A stretch of DNA of 47,486 nt from an uncultured archaeon (lineage in GTDB: Archaea; Asgardarchaeota; Lokiarchaeia; Sigyniarchaeales; SOKP01): contig CAZWEM010000021.1 in assembly GCA_964632315.1 (NCBI GenBank), positions 16,564 through 64,049 of the forward strand. Reading direction: 5' to 3'. Positions 18,509-27,618 of this stretch are shown here, one piece after another. The notes under the pieces were generated by a model. The model worked only from the letters and a program-made list of their open reading frames with translations, searched no databases and was not told where the DNA came from. A program made the position numbers and the translations under genes. How positions within the stretch are numbered: position 1 is the first letter of the stretch; each line of letters opens with the position of its first letter.

Positions 18509-18715
18509 TTAACATAGATCAGATTCTTGCTGAGATATTAATTGATCTATCATTTTTATCTCTTTATCTAGCTTTTTTTTACAAACCTCAATGTTAAAGT
18601 TGTCATATATAATCCGAGTGTTATTTTTTTGTATAGATATTAACTTTCCACATAATTTCTGAACTACATTCAAATACTCATAATATTCTGATGCAGATTT
18701 AACTTCAGCAGCCAT
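18509..18715 (-). CDS. small hypothetical protein, predicted two-helix hairpin
   Basis: 68-aa ATG ORF filling an intergenic gap, with its own TATA-like box and the shared palindrome upstream. Confidence 0.6.
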   Translation of the reverse strand: MAAEVKSASEYYEYLNVVQKLCGKLISIQKNNTRIIYDNFNIEVCKKKLDKEIKMIDQLISQQESDLC

Positions 18716-18777
18716 AATTTATCATTAATTATTTTTATTTCTACTTTATTTCTTAAATTATGAATATTAGAATCACC

Positions 18778-18809
18778 TAATAAAAGATTTGGAGTCCAGT
18801 ATTCTAAGA
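18778..18809 (-). promoter_or_regulatory. promoter of the 68-aa gene: TTTTATTA box preceded by TGGACTCCA palindrome
   Basis: Minus strand TCTTAGAATACTGGACTCCAAATCTTTTATTAG; 19 of 22 aligned columns match 11941-11961. Confidence 0.58.
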
Positions 18810-18915
18810 ATCATTGAATTGTAAATAATTTAATTTATAATAGATTTAATTCTTAATATATAAAAAAAGTGTTAGAATAACTTACGAAAAATGAAAATTA
18901 TTCATAATAAGTTAA

Positions 18916-20406
18916 TTAAATCTCAATTTTTACCTCTGATAAGACTAGATCATTTGATTTACTTTCATCAAGTGATTTTATATCCTGTAAATTAATCAAA
19001 GTTTTAGAAAAATTAAATCCTCTCATTAATCTTCCAAACATATTTTTTTTTACATTAGAAAATATATTAAAATCAAAATTCATTAACTTTTTAGCTTTCT
19101 CATTTCTGAATTGCATGGACCAAGTGAACTCGTCGAGTTGAAAATATATCTCATCTAATAGGGAGATTTTTTGGAATTCAGTGGTAAAGTAAGTATCTTG
19201 GACTTGTATTGGAATAGGACGCCCCCATTCTTGGAGTTCATCAATCAACATTAAGAAAAAAGTAAGTGGTTGGATATCGAAATTGTGCTCCGGTAACTTA
19301 ATTTTGAAGTTATGCAATGCTATAGACTGAGCAGCTAAAACATAACCATTATATTCGTCATTAGATCTTATTTCTTCTGGTGCTCCTAAACCCTTTAATA
19401 AAGAAAGTGCGGAGAGTACCCCATGATCTAATTCAATTTTTGGGGTGTAGACGAATTCCGGATGCCCTTTATTCTGCTGTAAAAATGTTTTTGGATCTAA
19501 AGAGGGTAGTTGGGGACCTTCAATTCCTGATCCCCTTCGAATGAGCACTTTTGCTTCCTTAGAAAGTCCTTCTTCAATTATTTTTAGGTATTCTTTTTGA
19601 TCTGATTTCCATGATAAATTGATTTCAAAAGGAACGCATTCTAAATCTAAAGAAGGATAACATTTCAAAAGTTGATTTAATAAGGAAAAATTGACTGATG
19701 TCGAGATTTTACCTAATGGATACCCAATATCATGAAGTAAACTCGTGATCCACCAAATCTTTTCTTTAATTTCTACTTTATCAATATCTAACATATCAGA
19801 GAGAATACTTATTAGCTTTCCTTGGCCAATATCTTGCTCTAGTAAAAAATCTCCTAGAATGGCAACTCTAAGGGTATGTTCAGTATGATCTCTATAATAT
19901 TTTTGAACGCTTGTGCTGTATAAAAATGCCTCGAGGTCGGGAAGAGATTTTATTAAATATAATAAACCCTCGTTTTGAATACCTTTTTCTTTAGTGACTT
20001 CAAGCAATGCAGATGATAACGTCTTTCTTTTTCCCGTTAAAAATTCTAGATTTAAATCGTCATCGCCCCTGATTTTATCTAAATTAGGTAACTTTTTTTG
20101 AAATTCTTTATCAATTAGATTCGAAACCCAGTTTATAGCTTTTCCACCTAAATTTGATTCTGTTGAACCAAAATCTAAAGCCGCCAGCTCTTTTTTGGCA
20201 GTAGAAAGTTCATTTTTAGTTTTGACCATTTGTTTCTCAAATTTGCTATAGTCATTTTGGCCCATCCCAGAAACATTAATTTTTTCTATTACATTTTCGA
20301 CACTATGAATCAGTCCCGAGATCCAATTACTAAAACTTGTACTCTGAGAAGAAATTCTATCCATGATCCATTTGTCATTAATGATAAAATCGGGCATCTT
20401 ATTCAA
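18916..20406 (-). CDS. HD-superfamily metal-dependent phosphohydrolase with N-terminal helical region
   Basis: RDHTEHTLRV, LLHDIGYP, DHGVLSA, IALHN, IDELQEWGR. Confidence 0.8.
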   Translation of the reverse strand: MNKMPDFIINDKWIMDRISSQSTSFSNWISGLIHSVENVIEKINVSGMGQNDYSKFEKQMVKTKNELSTAKKELAALDFGSTESNLGGKAINWVSNLIDKEFQKKLPNLDKIRGDDDLNLEFLTGKRKTLSSALLEVTKEKGIQNEGLLYLIKSLPDLEAFLYSTSVQKYYRDHTEHTLRVAILGDFLLEQDIGQGKLISILSDMLDIDKVEIKEKIWWITSLLHDIGYPLGKISTSVNFSLLNQLLKCYPSLDLECVPFEINLSWKSDQKEYLKIIEEGLSKEAKVLIRRGSGIEGPQLPSLDPKTFLQQNKGHPEFVYTPKIELDHGVLSALSLLKGLGAPEEIRSNDEYNGYVLAAQSIALHNFKIKLPEHNFDIQPLTFFLMLIDELQEWGRPIPIQVQDTYFTTEFQKISLLDEIYFQLDEFTWSMQFRNEKAKKLMNFDFNIFSNVKKNMFGRLMRGFNFSKTLINLQDIKSLDESKSNDLVLSEVKIEI

Positions 20407-20474
20407 CTTCTGTATGTTTTTAATTAATATATTATAGTAGGAAAGTTAATGTTTTTCCAATTTGTAGTTAATAT

Positions 20475-21341
20475 ATGGAATTCTCAAAATCAATAATTGA
20501 TTTAATTAAGAAACGTACTTCTTGGAGAACGTACTCTCTCGAGTTATTAAGTGAAGAAACTAGGTTAGAACTAAAACAAATTCTCAAGCTTACTGATACC
20601 AAAAGTCCAATCGATAGCGGTAAAAAAAACTGCCGATTCGAGTTGATAACAATTCCAGAGGTAGAACCAGATAAACGAAAACAATTAGGAACATATGGAA
20701 TGATATCGGGTGCTCAAGAATTTATTGTTGGGCTCTCTCAAAAATCAGAATTTTACAAAACGAATTTTGGTTATTTTTTTGAAACTATAATCTTAAAAGC
20801 TACAGATTTAGAGTTGGGTACATGCTGGTTGGGAGGAACTTTTAATCGAAGCAATTTTTCGCAGCTAGCTGAATGTCAAGATGAAGAAGTTGTTCCCGCT
20901 ATTACTCCAATTGGATATCCTAAAAAAAGGAGAGCTAAAGAAAAAATAATTCGTAGAATGGTTGGGGCAAAAAACCGCAAAGCTGGGGAAAAACTATTTT
21001 TTCAAAATGATTTTGATACTCCTCTTTCTTTTAAGGATATCGGGGATTATAGCACGCTTTTAGAGATGGTTCGATTAGCACCTTCCGCAGGAAATAGACA
21101 ACCTTGGAGGATCCTTAAGGAAGATGAAAGTGAAACATATCACTTTTATGTTAAATATCCTGAAGGAAAACTAGCATCAAATTATAGGGCTTTTGTTAAA
21201 ATTGACATTGGAATTGCGATATGCCATTTTGATTTAACTGCAAAAGAACTTTCACTTTCAGGAAATTGGATTTTTGATGACCCAAGAGTTTTAATCTCTA
21301 AAGAAGATTTAAAATATATCATAACATGGAAGGGTACCTGA
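20475..21341 (+). CDS. nitroreductase-family protein (tandem-domain type)
   Basis: RTSWRTY, LGTCWLGGTF, LAPSAGNRQPW, IDIGIAICHF. Confidence 0.92.
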   Translation: MEFSKSIIDLIKKRTSWRTYSLELLSEETRLELKQILKLTDTKSPIDSGKKNCRFELITIPEVEPDKRKQLGTYGMISGAQEFIVGLSQKSEFYKTNFGYFFETIILKATDLELGTCWLGGTFNRSNFSQLAECQDEEVVPAITPIGYPKKRRAKEKIIRRMVGAKNRKAGEKLFFQNDFDTPLSFKDIGDYSTLLEMVRLAPSAGNRQPWRILKEDESETYHFYVKYPEGKLASNYRAFVKIDIGIAICHFDLTAKELSLSGNWIFDDPRVLISKEDLKYIITWKGT

Positions 21342-21481
21342 GTTATTCATCTTTTTCGAAAGATATAATAATCCAAATATGATGATTTTGATAAGAATTA
21401 AAATTCGAGTAATTTTAACTAAGTCCTATATATCAAGGTTAAATAAAATATTTAAGTTTACAATGAATCCAAATAATTAGG

Positions 21482-22501
21482 TTGAAAAAATGCTATATCA
21501 CATTTAAAAGGTCTAATTCACTCATGGAAACCTCTAATATTAGGATTTTATTTACTATATTTTTCTTGATACTCCTCCAGTTTAGCTTTATCCCCCTTAA
21601 CTTCGATAAGAATTATTATTCGCAATATAAACTGAATATATTGCAAGGAAGTAATGATTTTGGGCAGATTGATTCATTAGATCTGACAGTAATATGCGAT
21701 AATTATCCTAGTGAAGGTCTTACAAATGAATGGGGTTTATCGATCTTAATTGAAACAAAAGATGCTAAAATATTATTTGATACGGGGCAATCGTATTCAG
21801 GATTAAGAGATAATTCACTCGCTTTAAATAAGGATTTAAGTCAAATTGATTTTGTTGTTATTTCGCACGAACATTGGGATCATGTTGGCGGTTTGACATA
21901 CATCGAAGAAGTGAATCCAAATGTAACAGTATACGTCCCAAATCATCTTGATAGTCAATTATTCAATACCATAAATGAATCAGATCTGAATGTCATCAAA
22001 ATTAGCGACACAACAATTATACAGCAGGGTATTGCAATTATTGGAGAAATATTTGGGCCTCCTTATGAACAAGCATTAGTCGTTAATATAGAAGATGTAG
22101 GGCTTGTGGGTATCGTGGGTTGTAGTCACCCAGGAGTTGAGAGCCTTAATGAAAAAGCAATTATCGATTTAGGGATCAATGCATATATGGTTATAGGAGG
22201 TTTCCATTTAGTAAGCGCAAGTGAAGAAACAGTTCAAAATGCGATTGATAGATTGGTTGCACTTAATGTAAAAAAGATATATCCTATTCATTGTAGTGGA
22301 GATCTATTTCGCCAATATTTGAAAGATAATTATCCTTTAAATTATGGTTTAGCACAAGTAGGATTTCAGATGAAAATTAATTTATTTACCATAAACTCTA
22401 CATTTTATTATATTTTGATCCCAGTACTGGTCTTTCCACTGATAATCATTATGGGATGGGTTATTAGACAAAAAATGAAACATTCTGAAATATCTTTTTA
22501 G
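21482..22501 (+). CDS. MBL-fold metallo-hydrolase (MJ0301-like) with N-terminal signal/TM and C-terminal TM anchor
   Basis: EWGLS, LFDTG, SHEHWDHVGG, GCSHPG, GGFHL, PIHCSG; hydrophobic segments at both ends; ATG 21524 probable start. Confidence 0.85.
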   Translation: MKKCYITFKRSNSLMETSNIRILFTIFFLILLQFSFIPLNFDKNYYSQYKLNILQGSNDFGQIDSLDLTVICDNYPSEGLTNEWGLSILIETKDAKILFDTGQSYSGLRDNSLALNKDLSQIDFVVISHEHWDHVGGLTYIEEVNPNVTVYVPNHLDSQLFNTINESDLNVIKISDTTIIQQGIAIIGEIFGPPYEQALVVNIEDVGLVGIVGCSHPGVESLNEKAIIDLGINAYMVIGGFHLVSASEETVQNAIDRLVALNVKKIYPIHCSGDLFRQYLKDNYPLNYGLAQVGFQMKINLFTINSTFYYILIPVLVFPLIIIMGWVIRQKMKHSEISF

Positions 22502-22604
22502 TAATAATTCTATTTCAAATAAGAGATGCTTGTTCGGAACTTAAATTATGAAATTGGAAAAGTTAATCAGTTTTTGACTTATCAAGAGGAGGCTTTTTCC
22601 TTTT

Positions 22605-22892
22605 TCATGTTAAATCTTTATATTCTCCATCTAAAATTTGAGCGATATACCGTCTTCCTTTAATAATCCACATAATGTGATGTCCCTCTCTTGCTTTTTT
22701 TCCCCATTCTGACTTTTTATTTCGATTTTGCTCAATATATCGATGACCAAAAAGATCGAGGTATTTCACGCCGCTTGAAAATTTCTCAATTTTATGTTCA
22801 GTCCCTTCGATTACTACCGATTTTTTTTTAGCAAAAATAGCATTATAAATTGCCATACCATACTCTTCTAAATTTTCCACATCCAAAACCAA
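22605..22892 (-). CDS. small hypothetical protein
   Basis: 95-aa ORF 23 nt downstream of ligA on the same strand; EQN...SEW...GH.IMW pattern looks like a conserved motif. Confidence 0.7.
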   Translation of the reverse strand: MVLDVENLEEYGMAIYNAIFAKKKSVVIEGTEHKIEKFSSGVKYLDLFGHRYIEQNRNKKSEWGKKAREGHHIMWIIKGRRYIAQILDGEYKDLT

Positions 22893-22915
22893 AGTCAGAT
22901 TTTTACTTAATAATG

Positions 22916-24898
22916 TTAATCAGAGATCAACTTTAAAAATTGTTCTTCAGTTATAATTTCAGTATCTTGTTCTTTAGCTTTTAGATATTTAGCTGTAGGG
23001 GTTGTTTCATTTGTTACTAAATAAGATAAATTCTTAGTTACACCACTTTTTGGTTCTCCTCCCTCTTTTAAAACTATATTTTCTGCTTCTGAACGTGTCA
23101 TTTCATTTAACTTTCCTGTAAAGCAAAAACTTAAACCTTTTAGCTTCCCCTCTTTTACTGAGTTTTGAATTGAGATATTTCCCGTTTCTAACACGTTGAT
23201 CATTTGGGGGTAAACCTTTTGAATCCCATCTAACAAGAATTTTGCCGTAGTTTCTGCAAAACCCTCAACCTTAGATATTTCTTGCACGCTTGCGTCCTTA
23301 ATTTTCTCCAAGGTGTCAAATCCGGCATCCACTACTTTTTTCACGAGTAATTCTCCAATATTTTCAATGTTAAATCCCGCAATAAACTTTGCTAAGGAGA
23401 CTTCTTTTACAGCAAATAGATTATCTAAAGCTTTTTTTGCAGAGGTTTCTTTTACTCCCTCAAATTTGGTTAAATCTGATACTTTAAGAGAGTACAAATC
23501 TGCTATGTATTTGACTTTCCTTGACTTGAATAATGGTTGAAGCATTAACTTTTCACTGAAATGCTTTACTCCTAAAATCCATATCCAACGTTGCAGTCTT
23601 TGATAATCTCTTTTGGGACAAGATTCATTTGGACAGTAAAGTCGAGTACCCTCATTGATTAATTTAGTTTTACAAGTTTCACATATTTCTGGTATTGCTA
23701 TTTCTCTTGCTATTTTAGGAGTATTTATTACATCTTCAATTTTAGGTATGATATCTCCTCTTTTACTTATTAAAACTTCAGAACCGATCTTTAATCGTAA
23801 TTCTTGTACTAAATTTGGATTTGCTAAACTAGCTCTACTAACTGTCGTACCAGCCAAACGAATAGGTTCTACAATAGCTACAGGAGTATAATTTGGGCCA
23901 CTAACGCTCCATTCAACATCAATAACAGTGGTTTTAGCCATTTCTGCTTGAAATTTGAATGCTACTTGTTTTGTAGGTTTTGTACGCTTCATATCTTCTA
24001 AATCTATCTCATTACTTTTAATTACTAAACCATCTATATCGTAATCCAATGTGTCTCTAAGATTATGCATGACATCTTCGCGTACTTCAATTACATCCTC
24101 AATAGATTTGAGAACTTTTGTTTTAATTGTTAGTATGTTCTCATCTTTCATCCATTTTAATTTTTCCATTTCATTCTTGAAGTGAACTTCATCATCTAAA
24201 CTAATTGCATCATAAAAAATCAAATTTAGGTCTTCACATCCTTCCCCATCTTTCCTTCTGACTATGCCAGCAGCAGCATTTCTACAATTTTGCTTGTCAG
24301 AATATTTTGATTCAAACACATCATGGAAGAGTAAAATCTCAGCGCGAAGTCCTCCAGTGAATCTTGATTTTAATTTAGGGATATAACCTTTCATTTTCAT
24401 TACATTAGCTGTTACATCATCGCCAATAACTCCATTACCTCTAGTAACAGCAGATTGAAAAATTCCACTTTTATATTGAAGTTCAATACTAATCCCATCT
24501 AATTTAAATTGAACGATATATTTTTCTTGAGATCGATTCTTTGCCCATTTTCTGAATTCTGCTGGTTTAGTTACTTTATCTTGAGAACCCATGGGGATAA
24601 TATGCTCCTTTTTTTCAAATAATTCTGAAGAATCTGCTCCTATCTGAAATAGGATTGGATTCTTTGGGTCTAATTTCCTTAATTGGTCTTCCAATATGTC
24701 ATACTCTGCATCTGCAATCTCCGGAGTTTTGTTATAATAAAGATCTCTATGTCTTAGAATTTTTTGTTCTAATTCTGCAATCTTCTTTTGGGTTTTTTTA
24801 GACTCAATTATCTGGTTTTCATTGAGATCATCTTTATTATTTCTATTCTTTAAGGAATCTTTTAAACTGGCTTGTCTTTTAGGCATTATAATCTTCAA
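22916..24898 (-). CDS. ligA: NAD+-dependent DNA ligase
   Basis: Domain Ia (YY...DAEYD), KLDG adenylation motif, RNAAAG, DGLVIK, AFKF, OB fold, C4 Zn finger, HhH repeats, BRCT (FTGKL); ATG 24886 probable start. Confidence 0.96.
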   Translation of the reverse strand: MKIIMPKRQASLKDSLKNRNNKDDLNENQIIESKKTQKKIAELEQKILRHRDLYYNKTPEIADAEYDILEDQLRKLDPKNPILFQIGADSSELFEKKEHIIPMGSQDKVTKPAEFRKWAKNRSQEKYIVQFKLDGISIELQYKSGIFQSAVTRGNGVIGDDVTANVMKMKGYIPKLKSRFTGGLRAEILLFHDVFESKYSDKQNCRNAAAGIVRRKDGEGCEDLNLIFYDAISLDDEVHFKNEMEKLKWMKDENILTIKTKVLKSIEDVIEVREDVMHNLRDTLDYDIDGLVIKSNEIDLEDMKRTKPTKQVAFKFQAEMAKTTVIDVEWSVSGPNYTPVAIVEPIRLAGTTVSRASLANPNLVQELRLKIGSEVLISKRGDIIPKIEDVINTPKIAREIAIPEICETCKTKLINEGTRLYCPNESCPKRDYQRLQRWIWILGVKHFSEKLMLQPLFKSRKVKYIADLYSLKVSDLTKFEGVKETSAKKALDNLFAVKEVSLAKFIAGFNIENIGELLVKKVVDAGFDTLEKIKDASVQEISKVEGFAETTAKFLLDGIQKVYPQMINVLETGNISIQNSVKEGKLKGLSFCFTGKLNEMTRSEAENIVLKEGGEPKSGVTKNLSYLVTNETTPTAKYLKAKEQDTEIITEEQFLKLISD

Positions 24899-24989
24899 AA
24901 ATTATAATTGATTATTAAATAAATTCAAATGCTCCAATATAAAACTTAAGTCTTAAATGATTTAATATTCTAGTTAAAATTTAGTTTGA

Positions 24990-26339
24990 TTAATTTAATT
25001 TCATAAAATCCAGACTTTTTATTGATTCGGGTATATTTTGAGAGTTCTTTCCTCTTAAATCCAATATCTTCAATTTGCTTAATTTTTTAATAGAATCTGG
25101 CACATAAAAAGATTGAATGTCATTCACATCAACATGCAAATCCATATATTCAAGATTTTGCATAAGTTCGATATTTTCTGGTATAGAGGTGATTTGATTA
25201 TTTGATAAGTTCAAGATCTTTAAATTTTTCAACTTAATCAAACAATCAGGAATTTCTATAAACTCTTGACCGACTAAATGCAATTCCTCAAGAGATTTTA
25301 GATTACATATTTGATCTGGAAAAATTCCCATCTTAGAAGGAAGATTAGCAATGAATATACCTAAAACACGTCCCATTTCATCCAATGTATAGTAACATGC
25401 AGATCTTAAATTTGGTTGCTCAAACTTATTTATAACTCTTAAAGATTGGCCAATTAATATTTCCATTAACGCTAATGTTCCCGCTTGGGAAGCATTAACA
25501 CCTCTTTCGATAAATTTTTTTACATTCCTTCTTTTATTTGCTACGATAAATACCCAATCAGGTAAATCATCTATTTGATTATTTGTAAATACCAATTGTT
25601 TTAAATTGTCTAATTTAATATTATCTAACTTAACTCCCTTGAAATTGCAATGATCTATAATCAACTTTTCTAGCTTGAGAAGTAAATTAATTGAAATGGG
25701 AATTAGGTTCAAATCATGTAAAGTCAGATGGATAATATGACCATCGATTTTTTTATCAATTCGACTAAGCCCCTTATTATTTAATGCAGTATTTTGTTGG
25801 AGTAAATCTCTCTGGTATTCAGGATCAACATCAAATTTGTCAATAAAATCTTGATATTGATTTAGAAATTTAATAGCATCAAGATAATCAAGATCCACAA
25901 TAAACTTCATGTCGTTGTAGGCCAAATCATATGTTTTAGTCAATTTATTAATTACTTGATTTTTAACTGGAGTTAAATGCCCTTGTAAATTTTGTTCTAT
26001 AAAATCTAATAAATGTTTATAAAAAAGAATTGAATTTTCATTTTCTATAGCCCATAATATTGGACTAAGATCTCGATCACTAAAGGAATTTAGAAGATTT
26101 TTTGCTGATTCGACTCTCACTAAGGGAGATTCGTCAGAGATCATGCTTTTTTCTAATAATTTGTATACATAATTGGTGTTTAAAGATAAGGCACCAATTG
26201 ATTGAATCGCCTCTTGTCGCTTAATTTCACTTTCGCTTTCGCCAAGTATAGATTCTAAAATTTTTATTGCTTCATTTTTAGAAAGTTGCCCAACCTTAAC
26301 CTTTTGAAGAATGGTAGCAGGTTCAATTAGATGTTTCAT
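24990..26339 (-). CDS. HEAT-like N-terminus plus leucine-rich repeat protein
   Basis: RQEAIQSIG and SDESPLVRVESA HEAT-like helices; two LRR blocks, e.g. LKNLKILNLSNNQITSIPENI. Confidence 0.85.
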   Translation of the reverse strand: MKHLIEPATILQKVKVGQLSKNEAIKILESILGESESEIKRQEAIQSIGALSLNTNYVYKLLEKSMISDESPLVRVESAKNLLNSFSDRDLSPILWAIENENSILFYKHLLDFIEQNLQGHLTPVKNQVINKLTKTYDLAYNDMKFIVDLDYLDAIKFLNQYQDFIDKFDVDPEYQRDLLQQNTALNNKGLSRIDKKIDGHIIHLTLHDLNLIPISINLLLKLEKLIIDHCNFKGVKLDNIKLDNLKQLVFTNNQIDDLPDWVFIVANKRRNVKKFIERGVNASQAGTLALMEILIGQSLRVINKFEQPNLRSACYYTLDEMGRVLGIFIANLPSKMGIFPDQICNLKSLEELHLVGQEFIEIPDCLIKLKNLKILNLSNNQITSIPENIELMQNLEYMDLHVDVNDIQSFYVPDSIKKLSKLKILDLRGKNSQNIPESIKSLDFMKLN

Positions 26340-26344
26340 CTTGT

Positions 26345-27481
26345 TTAATTAGCACTTTTCTCTAAATTTTCAGTAATGGTTTCATGATGACAAACTGAGA
26401 ATAATCTATCTTTTGGATCAATAATCCGTACTCCTTTTGAGACTTTGACATGTGATGCCAAGATAATCAAGTTTTCCTCTATTCCTTTGAGAATAACATC
26501 ATTATCCAAGAAGCAGTCATTTGATAAAATAGCTTTTTCAACTTTTACATTTTTTGAGATATGACTATTATTATAAATGATACAATCTTGCATCTTTGAA
26601 TTTTCATCAACGAATACATTATCCCCGAGGATTACATTCGGTCCAATTGTACAGTTTCTCTTAATGATCACTTTTTCTCCTATTACAGAGGGTTGAAGGA
26701 TTTTAGAACTTTTATCAATTAATAAATCATTCTTAAGGTGCAATTTTTGGCTAGCTAATAGTTCATTCATTAACAAAAAATTACCTTCGAGCAATTCGTA
26801 TGGTTTTCCAATATCCTTCCAAATCCCTTCAATTGGATAATGATAAAGAGATCTATTTTTAGCAAGTTTCGGAAAGATTTCTCTTTCTATCGAAACTTTC
26901 TTATTTTTTGGTATAATAGATAATATTTCTGGTTCAAGTAGGTATACTCCAGCATTGATCGGCATTTTAGACGCATTGTTTAACGAAGGGTGATAATTTT
27001 CTTTTTCTAAGAATTCTTTAATTTGATTCGTCTCCTCGTCTGCTATTAAAACCCCATATCTGGAAGGATCTTCAACTAATTTACTTGCTATTGTTCCAAT
27101 GCCTCCAGATTTTTTATGAAATTCCAACATTTTCGAAAAATCAAAGTTTAAAATGACATCTCCATTTAACATAAAGAAATTATCCCCTTTGAGATAATCT
27201 TCAGCTAGTTTCAAGGCACCTGCTGTCCCAGCAGGGAACTTTTCATCTGTATAATGAATTCTAACTCCTAACTTATTCCCTTCTCTGAAATAGTTTTGTA
27301 TCACATCAGACATAATACTAACAGCTAGAATAATCTCTCTAACTCCCGCATCTTTTAGTAATAAAATCTGACGTTCCATTACAGGTTTATTAACTACAGG
27401 TATTAGCGTTTTAGGGATCGTGCATGTCAGGGGTCTTAAACGGGTACCCCATCCTCCAGATAAAATTATGCCCTTAGTCAT
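26345..27481 (-). CDS. NDP-sugar pyrophosphorylase (mannose-1-phosphate guanylyltransferase-like)
   Basis: GGWGTRLRPLT..PK, GTAG, NGD, EK, INAGVY, WKDIG, C-terminal hexapeptide beta-helix. Confidence 0.93.
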   Translation of the reverse strand: MTKGIILSGGWGTRLRPLTCTIPKTLIPVVNKPVMERQILLLKDAGVREIILAVSIMSDVIQNYFREGNKLGVRIHYTDEKFPAGTAGALKLAEDYLKGDNFFMLNGDVILNFDFSKMLEFHKKSGGIGTIASKLVEDPSRYGVLIADEETNQIKEFLEKENYHPSLNNASKMPINAGVYLLEPEILSIIPKNKKVSIEREIFPKLAKNRSLYHYPIEGIWKDIGKPYELLEGNFLLMNELLASQKLHLKNDLLIDKSSKILQPSVIGEKVIIKRNCTIGPNVILGDNVFVDENSKMQDCIIYNNSHISKNVKVEKAILSNDCFLDNDVILKGIEENLIILASHVKVSKGVRIIDPKDRLFSVCHHETITENLEKSAN

Positions 27482-27618
27482 TTCTTAAGTCCTTTATAAA
27501 ATTACTTTTAGGTAATTAATATTTTCTAAAAAAAATTTAGGTTTCTTATGACAAATCATCCAGTTAAATTAAAATTAGAAAAGCAAATTTTTATTTTAAA
27601 ATAATGATTTCTTCTTTG

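Noticed and set aside
21398-21418. Inverted repeat TTAAAATT-cgagt-AATTTTAA
   Set aside because: All-A/T arms are expected by chance in this AT-rich DNA and I found no second copy.
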